Part shown: one piece after another, positions 25,401 through 38,204 of the stretch
Numbering within the stretch: position 1 is the stretch's first letter
Layout of the letters: each line of letters begins with the position of its first letter
Assembly: GCF_006345805.1 (NCBI RefSeq)
Contig: NC_043003.1
Coordinates: forward strand, 10,850,001 to 10,914,000
Length of the DNA stretch: 64,000 nt
Direction: 5' to 3'
Source: Octopus sinensis
Taxonomy: Eukaryota
The notes under the pieces: generated by a model
Databases searched by the model: none
Seen by the model: only the letters and a program-made list of their open reading frames with translations
What the model was told of the DNA's origin: nothing
Program-made: the position numbers and the translations under genes

Positions 25401-28400
25401 GGCATTGACCATGTTTGAATGGTGCTTTTTACGTTCCACCGACACAGGAGCCAGTCAGGGTGCACATTTGGATGGTGCCTTTTACATGCCACCTGCACAG
25501 GAGCAAGTCCGGCAGCATTGGTATCAACCACGTTCAGATGGTGCTTTTTACATGCCACCAGCATGGGAGCCAGTCAGGTAGCACTGACATCGACTGCATT
25601 TGAATGGTGCTTTTTACATACCACCAGCATTGACTATGTTTGGATGGTGCTTTTTACATGCCATCGGCACAGGAGCCAGTCCGGCAACACTGGCATCGAC
25701 CACATTCGGATAGTGCTTTTTACGTGCCACTGGCATGAGAGCCAGTCAGGTAGCACTGACATCGGCCACATTTGAATGGTGCTTTTTACATGTCACATGC
25801 ACAGGAGCTAGTCAGGAGACACTGGCATTGGCCACGTTCAGTTGGTGCTTTTTACATGCCACCAGCACAAGAGCCATATACTTTGAGTTATATTTTTTAG
25901 TTCTTTTGAAAAGAATATAAGTGTACCATAAGTGAAAAAAAAAAATGGTTTCGGAGCACTGATCTAGAAGTCCAGAGCCTGAAACAATTAAGAAAAGAAA
26001 TAAAAATCTCACGCTGTATTGTCAAAGCTAATAAAGAGTTATATTGTCTTTACAGCTGTCAGTCTAAGATCAACACTTATTTATATTTGTCTCTTAAATG
26101 TTAAACATAGATTCCATTGACCTGTTGCGAATCTGGGTTACTGGGAACAAAGCTGTTAGCATTTTTAGTTTGATATTCTTTTATTTGTTTCAGTCATTTG
26201 GCTGTGGCCATGCTGGAGCAACACCTTTAGTTGAACAAACTGACCCCCAGGACTTATTCTTTGTAGGCCTAGTACTTATTCTATCGGTCTCTTGGGTTGA
26301 ACCGCTAAGTTACAGGTACATAAACACACCAGCATCATGATTATGGGGGAACAAACACAGACACATAAATATATATATATATACAACAGGCTTCTTTCAG
26401 TTTCCATCTACCAAATCCACTCACAAGGCTTTGGTCGGCCTGAGGCTATAGTAGAAGATACTTGCCCAAGGTGCCACGTAGTGGGACTGAACCTGGAACC
26501 ATGTGGTTGGGAAGCAAGCTTCTTGCCACACCTGCGCCTATATGTACATTTTTCTTCTTTTATATTATTTATTTCTAGAAAAAAAAAACTGATGTAAGTT
26601 TTTCATCCTCAGCCTGCAACACTACATCCATGTGGAAAATTTGAAAAAAAAATCTGGTGGAAATTTGAAATATTTCCAAGTGGTTGGGAAGTGGTTAAAA
26701 AGATCTGTGTAGAGCAGATATGGCTTTGTGTCTAAAAGCTTGCTTCCCAACCACATTGTTCTGGGTTCAGTCCCATTGCATGGCACCTTGGGCAAGTGTT
26801 TTCTACTATAGCCCTAGGCCACCCAAAGCCTTGTGAGTGGATTTGGTTGACAGAAACTGAAAGAAACCCATTGTGTGTGTGCATGTGCGTGTGTTTGTTT
26901 TTGTCACCTGTCACCACTTCACAACCCGTGTTGGTGTGTTTACATCCCCATAAATCAGTGGTTTGGTAAAAGAGATTGATTCAATGAATACCAAGTTTAA
27001 AAAAGACTAAAAAAGTACTAGAATCAATTCATTCGACTGAAACATTTTCAAGTTAGTGCTCCAGTATGACCACATCCTAATGACTGAAACAGTAAAAGAG
27101 ACAAGATAACCCCAGTCTAAAATAATATCCCCCCACCTTCCAGACCTATATCATTTTATGCTTATGTGATAAAGGGGTTGGGAAATCAATAAAAATCCTA
27201 TTCAGTGTTTGAATCTAGGCCTTGCCCTAAATTAAAGAGAAAGTAGTACAGTGTATGTGCTTCTTATAAGATAGCACTCTGTCTGATTAAAAGAAGACAG
27301 CATTATTATTATTATTGTTGTTATTTTTATTATTATTATTATTACTGTTATTATTATTATTATTATTGTGGTGAGCTGGCAGTAATGTTAGCATGCCAGG
27401 CAAAATGTTTAGCAGTATTTCATCTATATTTCAGAGATGAGGAATTATGTACATTATTTACATTCGACGGATATTTGTCCTCATCTTGTTTGTTTGTGTT
27501 GCGAGGTTAGTAGCCTACGCTCTTAACCACTATGCCATATGCCCACAGGCATATGGTGTAGTGGTTAAGGGTACACATGTCTGTGGAGTACTCAGCCACT
27601 TGTAGATTAATTCCATGAGCATCATAACCAATGGAGTGTCAATAAGGTGACAGGGCTATGTCTATCTCTAATACTTTGTGTAGTGCAATAAGACAGCTTT
27701 TTGTGTACCTCTAATTAGACAGTACTATCATCATCATCATTGTCGTTTTAACATCCATTTTTCCATGCTTGCATGGGTCGGATGCTGTTTACTAGGCTTC
27801 CAAAGAATAAGTCCTCGGGTCGATTTGCTCGACTAAAGGCTGTGCCCCAGCGTGGCCGCAGTCAAACGACTGAAACAAGTAAAAGAGTAAAAGAGAGTTT
27901 TGGATCTGACCCAGATATTAAAAATGTCTAAGGATTTATCTTACACATCAGTGACTCTTCGTTTTGCCATATCTACTCAAGTAAACCAGGATATAAGATC
28001 TAACAACCTTTCACAATGACAAAGCAATCATTAAATAGAGGCCAGTCATTGATATTTGCATAAAGCTGCTTTAGTATAAAAGATTGTCTGACGTATAAGA
28101 TCACCAAACACCCATGCACTAGAGACGGATCTGCGTAATTTTTGCAGCTGTTTTCCTTAATTTCCTGAATTTTTTGTTGGGATTTCGTGAATCAATGTTT
28201 GAGCAACATAAAATATATCAACTAAATTTAAGAAGTCATTCGTTAACAAATCATTAACCTCCAATAGATTATCATAATTAATAATCCTTTCTATGATAGG
28301 CAGAAGGCCTGAAATTTGGTGGGGGAGGGGAATAATCGATTAAATCGACCCCAGTGTCTCACTGGTACTTAATTTATCGACCCCAAAAGGATGAAAGGCA

Positions 28401-31400
28401 AAGTCGACCTTGGCGGAATTTGAACTTAGAATGTAGCAACAGATGAAATACCACTAAACATTTTGCCTGGTGTGCTGCCTTAATAATAATAATAATAATA
28501 ATAATCCTACAGTTCTGAGGATTTAAGAGATGAGGAATTATGTACATTATTTACATTTGACTGATATTTGTCCTCATCTTGTTTGTTGTTAACACAATAT
28601 TTTGGCTGATATATCCCCCTAGCCTTCATTAGGTGTCTTGGGGAAATTTTGAGCCTGGGTTCTTATTCCTTGACCCCCACCAATTCTCCCCTGTGATAAA
28701 TCCTCTCCCTCCCTTGAACAGCCACCTCAGGTACTGACACCCTTTGCATCCATCAGGATGAAGAGGCTCAGAACTCCTTACAGATCTACTACTCAGATAC
28801 GAGTCAACCCTGACAACAATAGGCACAAGGCCTGAAATTTGTTGGAGAGGGGACAAGTCGATTATATTAACCCCAGTATTAGACTGGTACTATTGATCCC
28901 AAAAGTCAGTTCAGAATGTAAACCAGAAAAATGCCACTAAGCATTTTGTGGAGTTTGCTAACAGTTTTGCCAGCCCATGGCCTCGTATATAGGCCTTATG
29001 ATGTTAATTTGTATGTGTATGTCTGTACTTGAGAGAAAGTGTGTGAGACTCTTAGATCAGTTTTTATGCAAAACAATATTGTAATTTAGAAATTCCAAGG
29101 TCGTGGTCATGTGCCATTGAAGTAACCAGTCTTTTAGTTTACCCTATGTTCTTTCCTTTCCTCTTTTATTTCAAACATTTGCAGAATCTAACCAGCAGTG
29201 AGAGAGAAAACTGCACGAGATCTAGTTTCAGTTCTTAACACGATCCATTCCTTGTCTGCATTCTACAGAAAATAAAACAGAATTTAATTTACAAGTTCCA
29301 GCATTGCTCATGCTACTTGCTTGTGTGTTTAGGGGTGGGTTGTGTCTGAAGAAAGATGCTTTCCATTTCTTTTTCTTCGTCATTGTATGGCCTCATCCCA
29401 TCCTTTAACCTCTCGTCTCCCAGCATAGAGCTACTCTTTCTCATCCCACCTCTGGTTACAGAGGCCAGTGACACAAAAACACAGAAAGCATCCAGTACAT
29501 GCTGCAAAGTGGTTGGCATTAGGAAGGGTCTTTTACTTGTTTCAGTCATTAGACCACGGCCATGCTGGGGCATTGCCTTCAAGAGTTTTAGTCAAATGAA
29601 TTAATCCCAGCACTTATTTGTAAATCTCAGTAATTACTCTATTGCTATTGGTCTCTTTTTGCCGAACCACAAAGTTATGTGGGTGTAACACACTAACCCC
29701 ATTTGCCAAGCAGTGGTAGAGGACAAACACACACACATCATCATCATTTAATGATTGTTTTCCATACTGGCATGGGTTGGATGGTTTGACAGGAGCTAGT
29801 AAGGCCAAGGGGCTGCATCAGGCTCCAGTGTCTGCTTTGGTATGGTTTCAATGGTTTGATGCCCTTCCTAATGCCAGCCACTTTACAGAGTGTACTGGGT
29901 GCTTACTACATGGTTCCAGTACAAGTTCTTTTAATGAGGCACCATATATATTTCTTTCAGAGTCTGTCTACAAAATCCACTCACAAGGCTTTGGTCGGCC
30001 CGAGGCTATAGTAGAAAATACTTGTCCAAGGTGTCATGCTGTGGGACTGAACCCGGAACCATGTGGTTGGGAAGCAAGCTACTTACCACACAGCCACACC
30101 TTCCCAAGCTGCAATGCAGTGGGACTGAACCCAGAACTATGTGGTTGGGAAGCAAGCTTCTTAGCACACTACCATGCCTGCCCAAGGTGCCATGCAGTGG
30201 GACTGAACTTAGAACCGTGTGGTTGGGAAGCAAGCCTCTTACCACACACCCACACCTGTCCTAGGTGCCATGCAGTAGGACTGAACCCGGAACCATGTGG
30301 TTGGGAAGCAAGCTTCTTAGAACACAGTCACATCTGCCCAAGGTGCCACGCAGTGGGACTGAACCCAGAACCATGTGGTTGGGAAGCAAGCTTCTTAGCA
30401 CACAGCCATGCCTATGGAAATGATGCCAAAGCAGTCCTTGGATCCATCGGATCCTTGTCAAACAGTCAAACCCTTGCCAACTTGGAACATGGATGTTAAT
30501 TGATGACGATGATGGTGAGGGTGCTTGCTGTAGAGAAATTTAAAGGGTGTGTAGTAAGACCCCTGGGTGTTACAAATGTAAAGCTTTGGGTGGCAGGGTG
30601 TAATGATATGTAATGATACTAGCAGTAGCTGGGAATGGGGACTATGGTTAGTAGTGTATGTTTAGAAGCTGGCATTTAGCCCTAGGTCAGTCGTGGTTGA
30701 GCAGACCTGTGATGATCAAAGGCATTTCAACCATGGCCATTTGTCTGTCTCCCTCTGAAGCATTGCATATCTAGGACTACAGAAACCATGTGTGTGTGTG
30801 TGGTTGGATGTAATTTTGAATGAAAATTGGCTGCTATTTCTGTCAGGGCAAGCACCCATGTAGAGCATGTTTATGGGTGGTGATAGTGGTGGGGGAGAAG
30901 GGATGGTTTCTGTGAATGGCCTGTTTGTGACAGCTTAGGATTGTTACACATGCACACACTCTCTCTCTCTCTCTCTCTCTCTCTTACACACACATTCGCA
31001 CATACACATTCTTATTCACACATTCTCACACACACACACACACTCATACATGCACATTCTCAACCGCACACTATCATTTACATACAATCACACATACACA
31101 CATTCACACACGTGCTCTCACATATGTACATTCTCATATACAATCTCTCATATACACACACATTCACACCCACACCCATATTCACACATACACACACACT
31201 AACATACATACACTCACACATGTACATTCTCATGTGCACTCTATCAGTCACACACATTCACACACACATATTTCAGCAGTTTGCCCTCCATTTCAACCTC
31301 ACCCTCCACCCCACCCACCCCGCCAGTCACTCTCATCCCAGCCTCAACATTATCTTCCAGTCATAATGGTTTCCTACTAATTTATTCCAGTCACATCCTT

Positions 31401-32359
31401 ATACAAACTACCTCACTAATTGGTTCTGCCGCTGCATGCAGGAGATGAAGGAAGTTCGTTTTCATTTTCTTTTTCTTTCTTTTACCACCCATCTTTTACT
31501 TTCTCTACCTTCTCCCCCCCCCCCCCCAGAGTATGTGTGTGTGTTCAAAAGTTTGCCTTATTTCTGTTCGTTTCTACCCCATTACTACCCTCCTATTTTC
31601 ACCTTTCTCTATGATTAAAATATAATTTATTTGACATGTAAATGAATGTAGGACTGGCTGTGTGGTAAGTAGCTTGCTTACCAACCACGTTGTCCCGGGC
31701 TCAGTCCCACTGCATGGCACCTTGGGCAAGTGTCTTCTACTATAGCCTCGGGCCAAAACTGAAAGAAGCCCGCTGTATATGCATACTATACACACACACA
31801 CACACACACACATACATATATAGGGAGAATTCACAAAAAAAAAAACAAAAGAGGAAGACAGGTGGTGTAGAAAACAAACATGTATTAGTATAACGCTCGG
31901 GAATTAAAAGTCTTTAACGTTTCGAGCCTACGCTCTTCTACAGAAAGGAACACAGAAAGAAAGAAGGAGAGAAAAAAATGTGTGTAGTGGCTATATATAT
32001 ATATATATATATATATAGTGTTTGTGCTCGTTCCCCCACCATCGCTTGACAATCGATGTTGGTGTGTTTACGTCCCCGTAAAAGAGACCGATAGAATAAG
32101 TACTAGGCTTACAAAGGATAAGTCCTGGAGTCAATTTGTTCGACGAAAAGCGGTGCTCCAACATGGCCGCAGTCGAATGACTGAAACAAGTAAATGAATA
32201 TATGTGTCTGTTTGTACGTGTGTGTGTGTGTGTGTGTGTTGCAGCCTCCTTGCCTTGGCATCATGTGATGGTTGTAAACGTGTGTCACTGTCATGCTAGC
32301 GGTGTGTTTGTATTTGCAGAGCACTTAAATATTTTGCTCAGATTGATAATCTCATATTA

Positions 32360-32390
<31 letters not shown>

Positions 32391-32741
32391 ATTAATGAGA
32401 GAAACGGAAGATGGAAGATACGAGCATCTTTATTGATCTCTACAATTGTTTTGACCCAACGAAAACTGACCCAGTGACCGTGATTCACTGGCAAACTCCC
32501 AGGTGTATACCAGACGATTTAATATCTAATATACTCTTTTACTTGTTTCAGTCATTTGACTGCGGCCATGCTGGAGCACCGCCTTTTAGTCGAGCAAATC
32601 GACCCCAGGACTTATTCTTTGTAAGCCTAGTACTTATTCTATCGGTCTCTTTTTGCCGAACCGCTAAGTTACTGGGACGTAAACACATCAGCATCGGCTG
32701 TCAAGCGATGTTGGGGGGACAAACACAGACACAAAACACAC

Positions 32742-32800
<59 letters not shown>

Positions 32801-33133
32801 TTTGTGCTCGTTCCCCCACCATCGCTTGACAATCGATGTTGGTGTGTTTACGTCCCCGTAAAAGAGACCGATAGAATAAGTACTAGGCTTACAAAGGATA
32901 AGTCCTGGAGTCAATTTGTTCGACGAAAAGCGGTGCTCCAACATGGCTGCAGTCGAATGACTGAAACAAGTAAATGAATATATGTGTCTGTTTGTACGTG
33001 TGTGTGTGTGTGTTGCAGCCTCCTTGCCTTGGCATCATGTGATGGTTGTAAACGTGTGTAACTGTCATGCTAGCGGTGTGTTTGTATTTGCAGAGCACTT
33101 AAATATTTTGCTCAGATTGATAATCTCATATTA

Positions 33134-33166
<33 letters not shown>

Positions 33167-33532
33167 ATTAATGAGAGAAACGGAAGATGGAAGATACGAG
33201 CATCTTTATTGATCTCTACAATTGTTTTGACCCAACGAAAACTGACCCAGTGACCGTGATTCACTGGCAAACTCCCAGGTGTATACCAGACGATTTAATA
33301 TCTAATATACTCTTTTACTTGTTTCAGTCATTTGACTGCGGCCATGCTGGAGCACCGCCTTTTAGTCGAGCAAATCGACCCCAGGACTTATTCTTTGTAA
33401 GCCTAGTACTTATTCTATCGGTCTCTTTTTGCCGAACCGCTAAGTTACTGGGACGTAAACACATCAGCATCGGCTGTCAAGCGATGTTGGGGGGACAAAC
33501 ACAGACACAAACACACACACACACACACACAC

Positions 33533-33603
<71 letters not shown>

Positions 33604-35730
33604 GAAGACACTTGCCCAAGGTGCCACGCAGTGGGGATGAACCGGGAACCATGTGGTTAGTAAGCAAGCTACTTACCACACAGCCACTCCTGCGCCTATT
33701 TATAAACTATAGCCAACACAGGGAAGGTGAAATTGTCATGGACCTAATTCGTAAATTATTCAATACAGGAAACTGAAAACCAAGAACTGCACAGAAATAT
33801 ATATTATATATATATTAATCATTTATATGAAAGATATTTATGTAAACTTTCGAAATAGTTGTCCGAAAGTTCACACGTGTTTATTTTCAGGTTTGTTTTT
33901 CCGGAACCTTGTCAAATTTAGTTGAATTACTGGAAAATGTTGGTCGAAAATTAACGTCTTCGAAATAATTTCATGAAATTACACAAGGGACGTAACTCTG
34001 TTTAATCAGAAATAGTTACCTGCCTTGATAATTATTTTAAAGTTGATTTATATTAATTAAAAAAAAAATTTTTTAAATTCAAATCTCGTTTAGCAGTTGC
34101 CAAAATGGCAAATATTAGTATGACCTCTCCTCATGCGTGCATATATTAATGAAACGCCTTGCCCTCCTCTCGCTTTATTAACGAGAGAATAAGAGTTTAT
34201 ATCCACGTAACTCTTCTTTGTTCACCATTGTGTTGGGCAAGTGAAAGGAAAAAAAGCATCTTAATTTGATTAAACATGATAATTTGTCTTGTCCCCTTTT
34301 CAGTTTACCACGGCCCCTTCCAAGGTAGACAGGATCCCCGGCCTGCTCTTTATGAAAAACATGATCAAGTTTATAATTTTCTTTTTTTCTTTTTTTCTAA
34401 TAGTAGTAGTAGTAATAATAATAATTCTTTCTATCATAGGCACAAGGCCTGAAATTTTGCGGGTTGGGGATAGTTGATTTCATCGACTCCAGTACGCAGC
34501 TGGTATTTAATTTATCGACCCCGAAAGTATGAAAAGCAAAGTCGACCTCGGCGGAATTTGAACTCAGCTCATAGCAACCACCTACTGAACACTATCGTTT
34601 TTGTTTTACTTTTTGCTGTCTTTAATACACACACACACAAAATACACTTTAATTAAAATAAAGTTTCCCCCAAATTAAACATACCTAATATAATAAATGT
34701 GAATGTCACACTTTTTCAACTTTAAAAAGTCCTCTCTACTGGAAGCACGAGGTGGAGGAAGGCATTAAGTCGATTAACTGGTACTAATTTCATCGACTCC
34801 AAATGGATGAAAGGCAAGGTTGACCTCAGCGGAATTTGGACTCAAACCCTAACAGCAGATGAAATACCTCTTAGCATTTTGCCTGGTGTGCTATACATAC
34901 TGCCAGCTCACCACCTTAATATAATATATTAATATAATATATACATGCAGGTGGCACGTAAAAAGCACCCACTACACTCACGGAGTGGTTGGCGTTAGGA
35001 AGGGCATCCAGCTGTAGAAACATTGCCAGATAAGACTGAAGCCTTCTGGCTTCCCAGATCCCCGGTTGAACCGTCCAACCCATGCTAGCTAAGCAAATCG
35101 ACCCCAGGACTTATTCTTTTGTAAGCCTAGTACTTATTCTATCGGTCTCTTTTTTGCCGAACCGCTAAGTTACTGGGACGTAAACACACCAGCATTGGCT
35201 GTCAAGCAATGTTGGGGGGCACAAACACAGACACACATATACGACGAGCTTCTTTCAGTTTCTGTCTACCAATTCCGTCTACGGACGTTAAACGATGATG
35301 AATATGATGATGATGATAATATAATATAGTATAATATGATATATCAGTATGTCACATTTTTTCAACTTTACTCCTAGAGGCCATAACCCAAAATATCATA
35401 CCATTTTGGAATCAGGCTGACTCCGTGAGTAAATTGAAAACATTCCAAGCCGGATCCAGACTCACAATCCTGAAATTTTGGATTCCCAAATTTTCATTAC
35501 TGCAATTGTTTCTGGCAATTTTTTTACATGACTTTTTGTGGCAAATTTTTTTTGTACGATAACAGTTTTTATAATCTAAGGGCCAACTCTGTGAGTAAAT
35601 TAAAAACATTTCAGCCAATAAAATATCTATTACAATCGAATCACACTCTTTGTCTTGACTGTTAACCTTTGTGAACAGTTACATCAATCCTTTTAAAATA
35701 TTATTATTATCATTATCATCATCATCATCA

Positions 35731-35770
<40 letters not shown>

Positions 35771-38170
35771 TACTACTAAGGCAGTGAGCTGACAGAATCA
35801 TTAGCATGTCTGTCTTTATGTTCCGAGTTCAAATTCTGACGAGGTCAACTTTGCTTTTCATCTTTTCGGGGTCAATAAAGTAAGTACCAGTTGCATACTG
35901 GGGGTGGGGATGTCAATGTAATCAACTATTACCATCCTCCTAAGCATGCGAAAGCAGACTTTAAAATGATGATGATGTTGACAATTTCAGACATGATATA
36001 ATTTACATTTGATGGATATTTGTCCTCATCTTGTTTGTTGTTAACACAATGTTTCGGCTAATATACCCTCCAGCCTTCATCAGGTGTCTTGGGGAAAATT
36101 TCAAACCTGGGTTCTCATTCCTAAAGTATTTTTCAATGTCGTCGTCATCGACGTTATTCAGTCGTCGTCGTTATTCAGGTCAATGCCTGGAATCAAACTC
36201 AGAATCTTGGGGTTAGTAGCCCATACTCTTAACCACTATGCCATATGCCCGTGGGTGTAATGGTTAAGGGCATGGGCTACTAACCTCAAGATTCTGAGTT
36301 TGATTCCAAGCAGTGACCTGAATAATAATAATAATAATAACACCGAAAAATATCTTAGGAATGAGAACCCAGATTTGAAATTTCCCCAAGACACCTGATG
36401 AAGGTTGGAGGGTATATAAACCAAAACGTATTAACAACAAATAAGATGAGGACAAATATCTGTCAAATGTAAATAATGTACGATGTAATTTGTAGTAATT
36501 TTAATTGTTTTTCTTTTTCCTCTAATTTCAGAACATAATCATTTGTCCAATAGCTTTGTTAACGAGGCAGTTGTATCAAATTCCAATGCTAACCACATGT
36601 CCAGTGACAGCTCTAATAGCATGTCAAAATCGAAGCATTCCACTAACATTTCATCAAGTACCAAAACCCAGTCCACAGAAACCAACAGTAGTAGATCTTT
36701 TGTAATTCTTGGCGTCCTTTTCTTCACATCCATTCTAGTTATGGTATTTATATATCTACGGTTTCCAAATATGGATTTGTAAGTATTTGTCTGTCTTCTT
36801 CTTTACATGCGTTGTTTCTTATGATTTATGTAAAAGTGCCCGTGTCGGGCATCATGTGAAAGCAACCAGTACATTCTGGAAAGTGGTTGGCATTAGGAAA
36901 GGCATCATCATCATCATTTAATGTCCACTTTCTGTGCTAGCATGGGTTGGATGATTTGACTGAGGACTGGCAAACCAGGCTCCAATCTGATCTGACAAAG
37001 TTTCTACAGCTGGATGCCCTTCCTAATGCCAACCCCTCCGAGAGTGTAGTGAGTGCTTTTTACATGCCACTGGTGTGAGGGCCAGTCAGGTGGTACTGGC
37101 AACAGCCACGCTCAAATGGTGTTTTTTATGTGCCACCTGTACAGAAGGCAGTCCAGCGGCACTGGCCACGTCCTCACTCGAATGTTTTTTCATGTACCAC
37201 CAGCAGAAAGTGCCAGTAAGGCGACGCTGGTAACAATCATGCTCAAATGCTGCTTTTTATGTGCCACCAACATGGAAGCCAGTTTGCTGCTCTGGCAATG
37301 GTCACGCTCAAGTGGTGCTCTTAGCACTCCACTAGCACGGATGCCAGTCATTGAATTTGATTTCAATTTCACTTTCCTCAACAGGTCTTTGCAAGCAGAG
37401 TTTTGTCCAATGAAGGAAAGGTACACATAATGGGCTGGTTACACCCCTGGCATAGGCCACGAGGTTATGGTCTCACTTGCGCTTGCCGAGTCTTCTCAAG
37501 CACGGCATATTTCCAGAGGTCCCGGTCACTAATCATTGCCTCTGTGAGGCCTAATGTTCGATGGTCATGCTTCACCGCCACATCCAGCTGTAGAAACCTT
37601 GTCGAAAGAGATAACCGGGGCCTGTTGCTACCCACCAGCCTACCAGCTCCTCCCAAACTGTTTAACCCATGCCGGCATGGAAAATGGACATTAAGCGATG
37701 ATGCTGATGATGTACTCCCACATCCCCGTTCTCTGCCACTCCTACACCTTGCACATCATCCCCACTCCATCTTCTGGTCTCTGCTCATTCCTAAGTACTG
37801 CTATCTCTCTCACCTCACCCCACAGTCACTTGTGCCCTATCTTTAGCCATCTATTACTCTCCACTCAGGCCATGTGCACTGATGCAACAAGTAAAGTGGG
37901 TAGCTTTTATGAGACTACCCATTGCCCTCCTCCTCACCTGCTCCTTTCACTGTATCCATTCTTAAGCTCAGCTTGTACTCTTTTACTTGTTTCAGTCATT
38001 TGACTGTGGCCATGCTGGAGCACCGCCTTTACTCGATCAAATTGACCCCAGGACTTATTCTTTGTAAGCCTAGTACTTATTCTATTAGTTTCTTTTGCCA
38101 AACTGCTAAGTTACGGGGACGTAATCACACCAGCATCAGTTGTCAAGCGATGTTGGGGGGACAAACACAG

Positions 38171-38204
<34 letters not shown>

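Noticed and set aside
25360-30413. CRISPR-like appearance of the 66-bp and 78-bp arrays
   Set aside because: Eukaryotic intron, no unique spacers and no cas genes; the units are SINE-derived.
29777-30499. 240-aa Cys/His-rich ORF with repeats
   Set aside because: It is the antisense reading of five 78-bp SINE heads plus repeat family 3; the frame stays open only because the period is a multiple of 3.
32411-33660. Duplicated 188/157-aa ORFs ([16 protein letters not shown]...)
   Set aside because: They run through antisense SINE and microsatellite sequence inside the 780-bp duplication.
36245-36320. tRNA gene candidates (this and other SINE heads)
   Set aside because: Degenerate B-boxes, no closed acceptor stem, and they run directly into SINE bodies; tRNA-derived heads, not tRNA genes.
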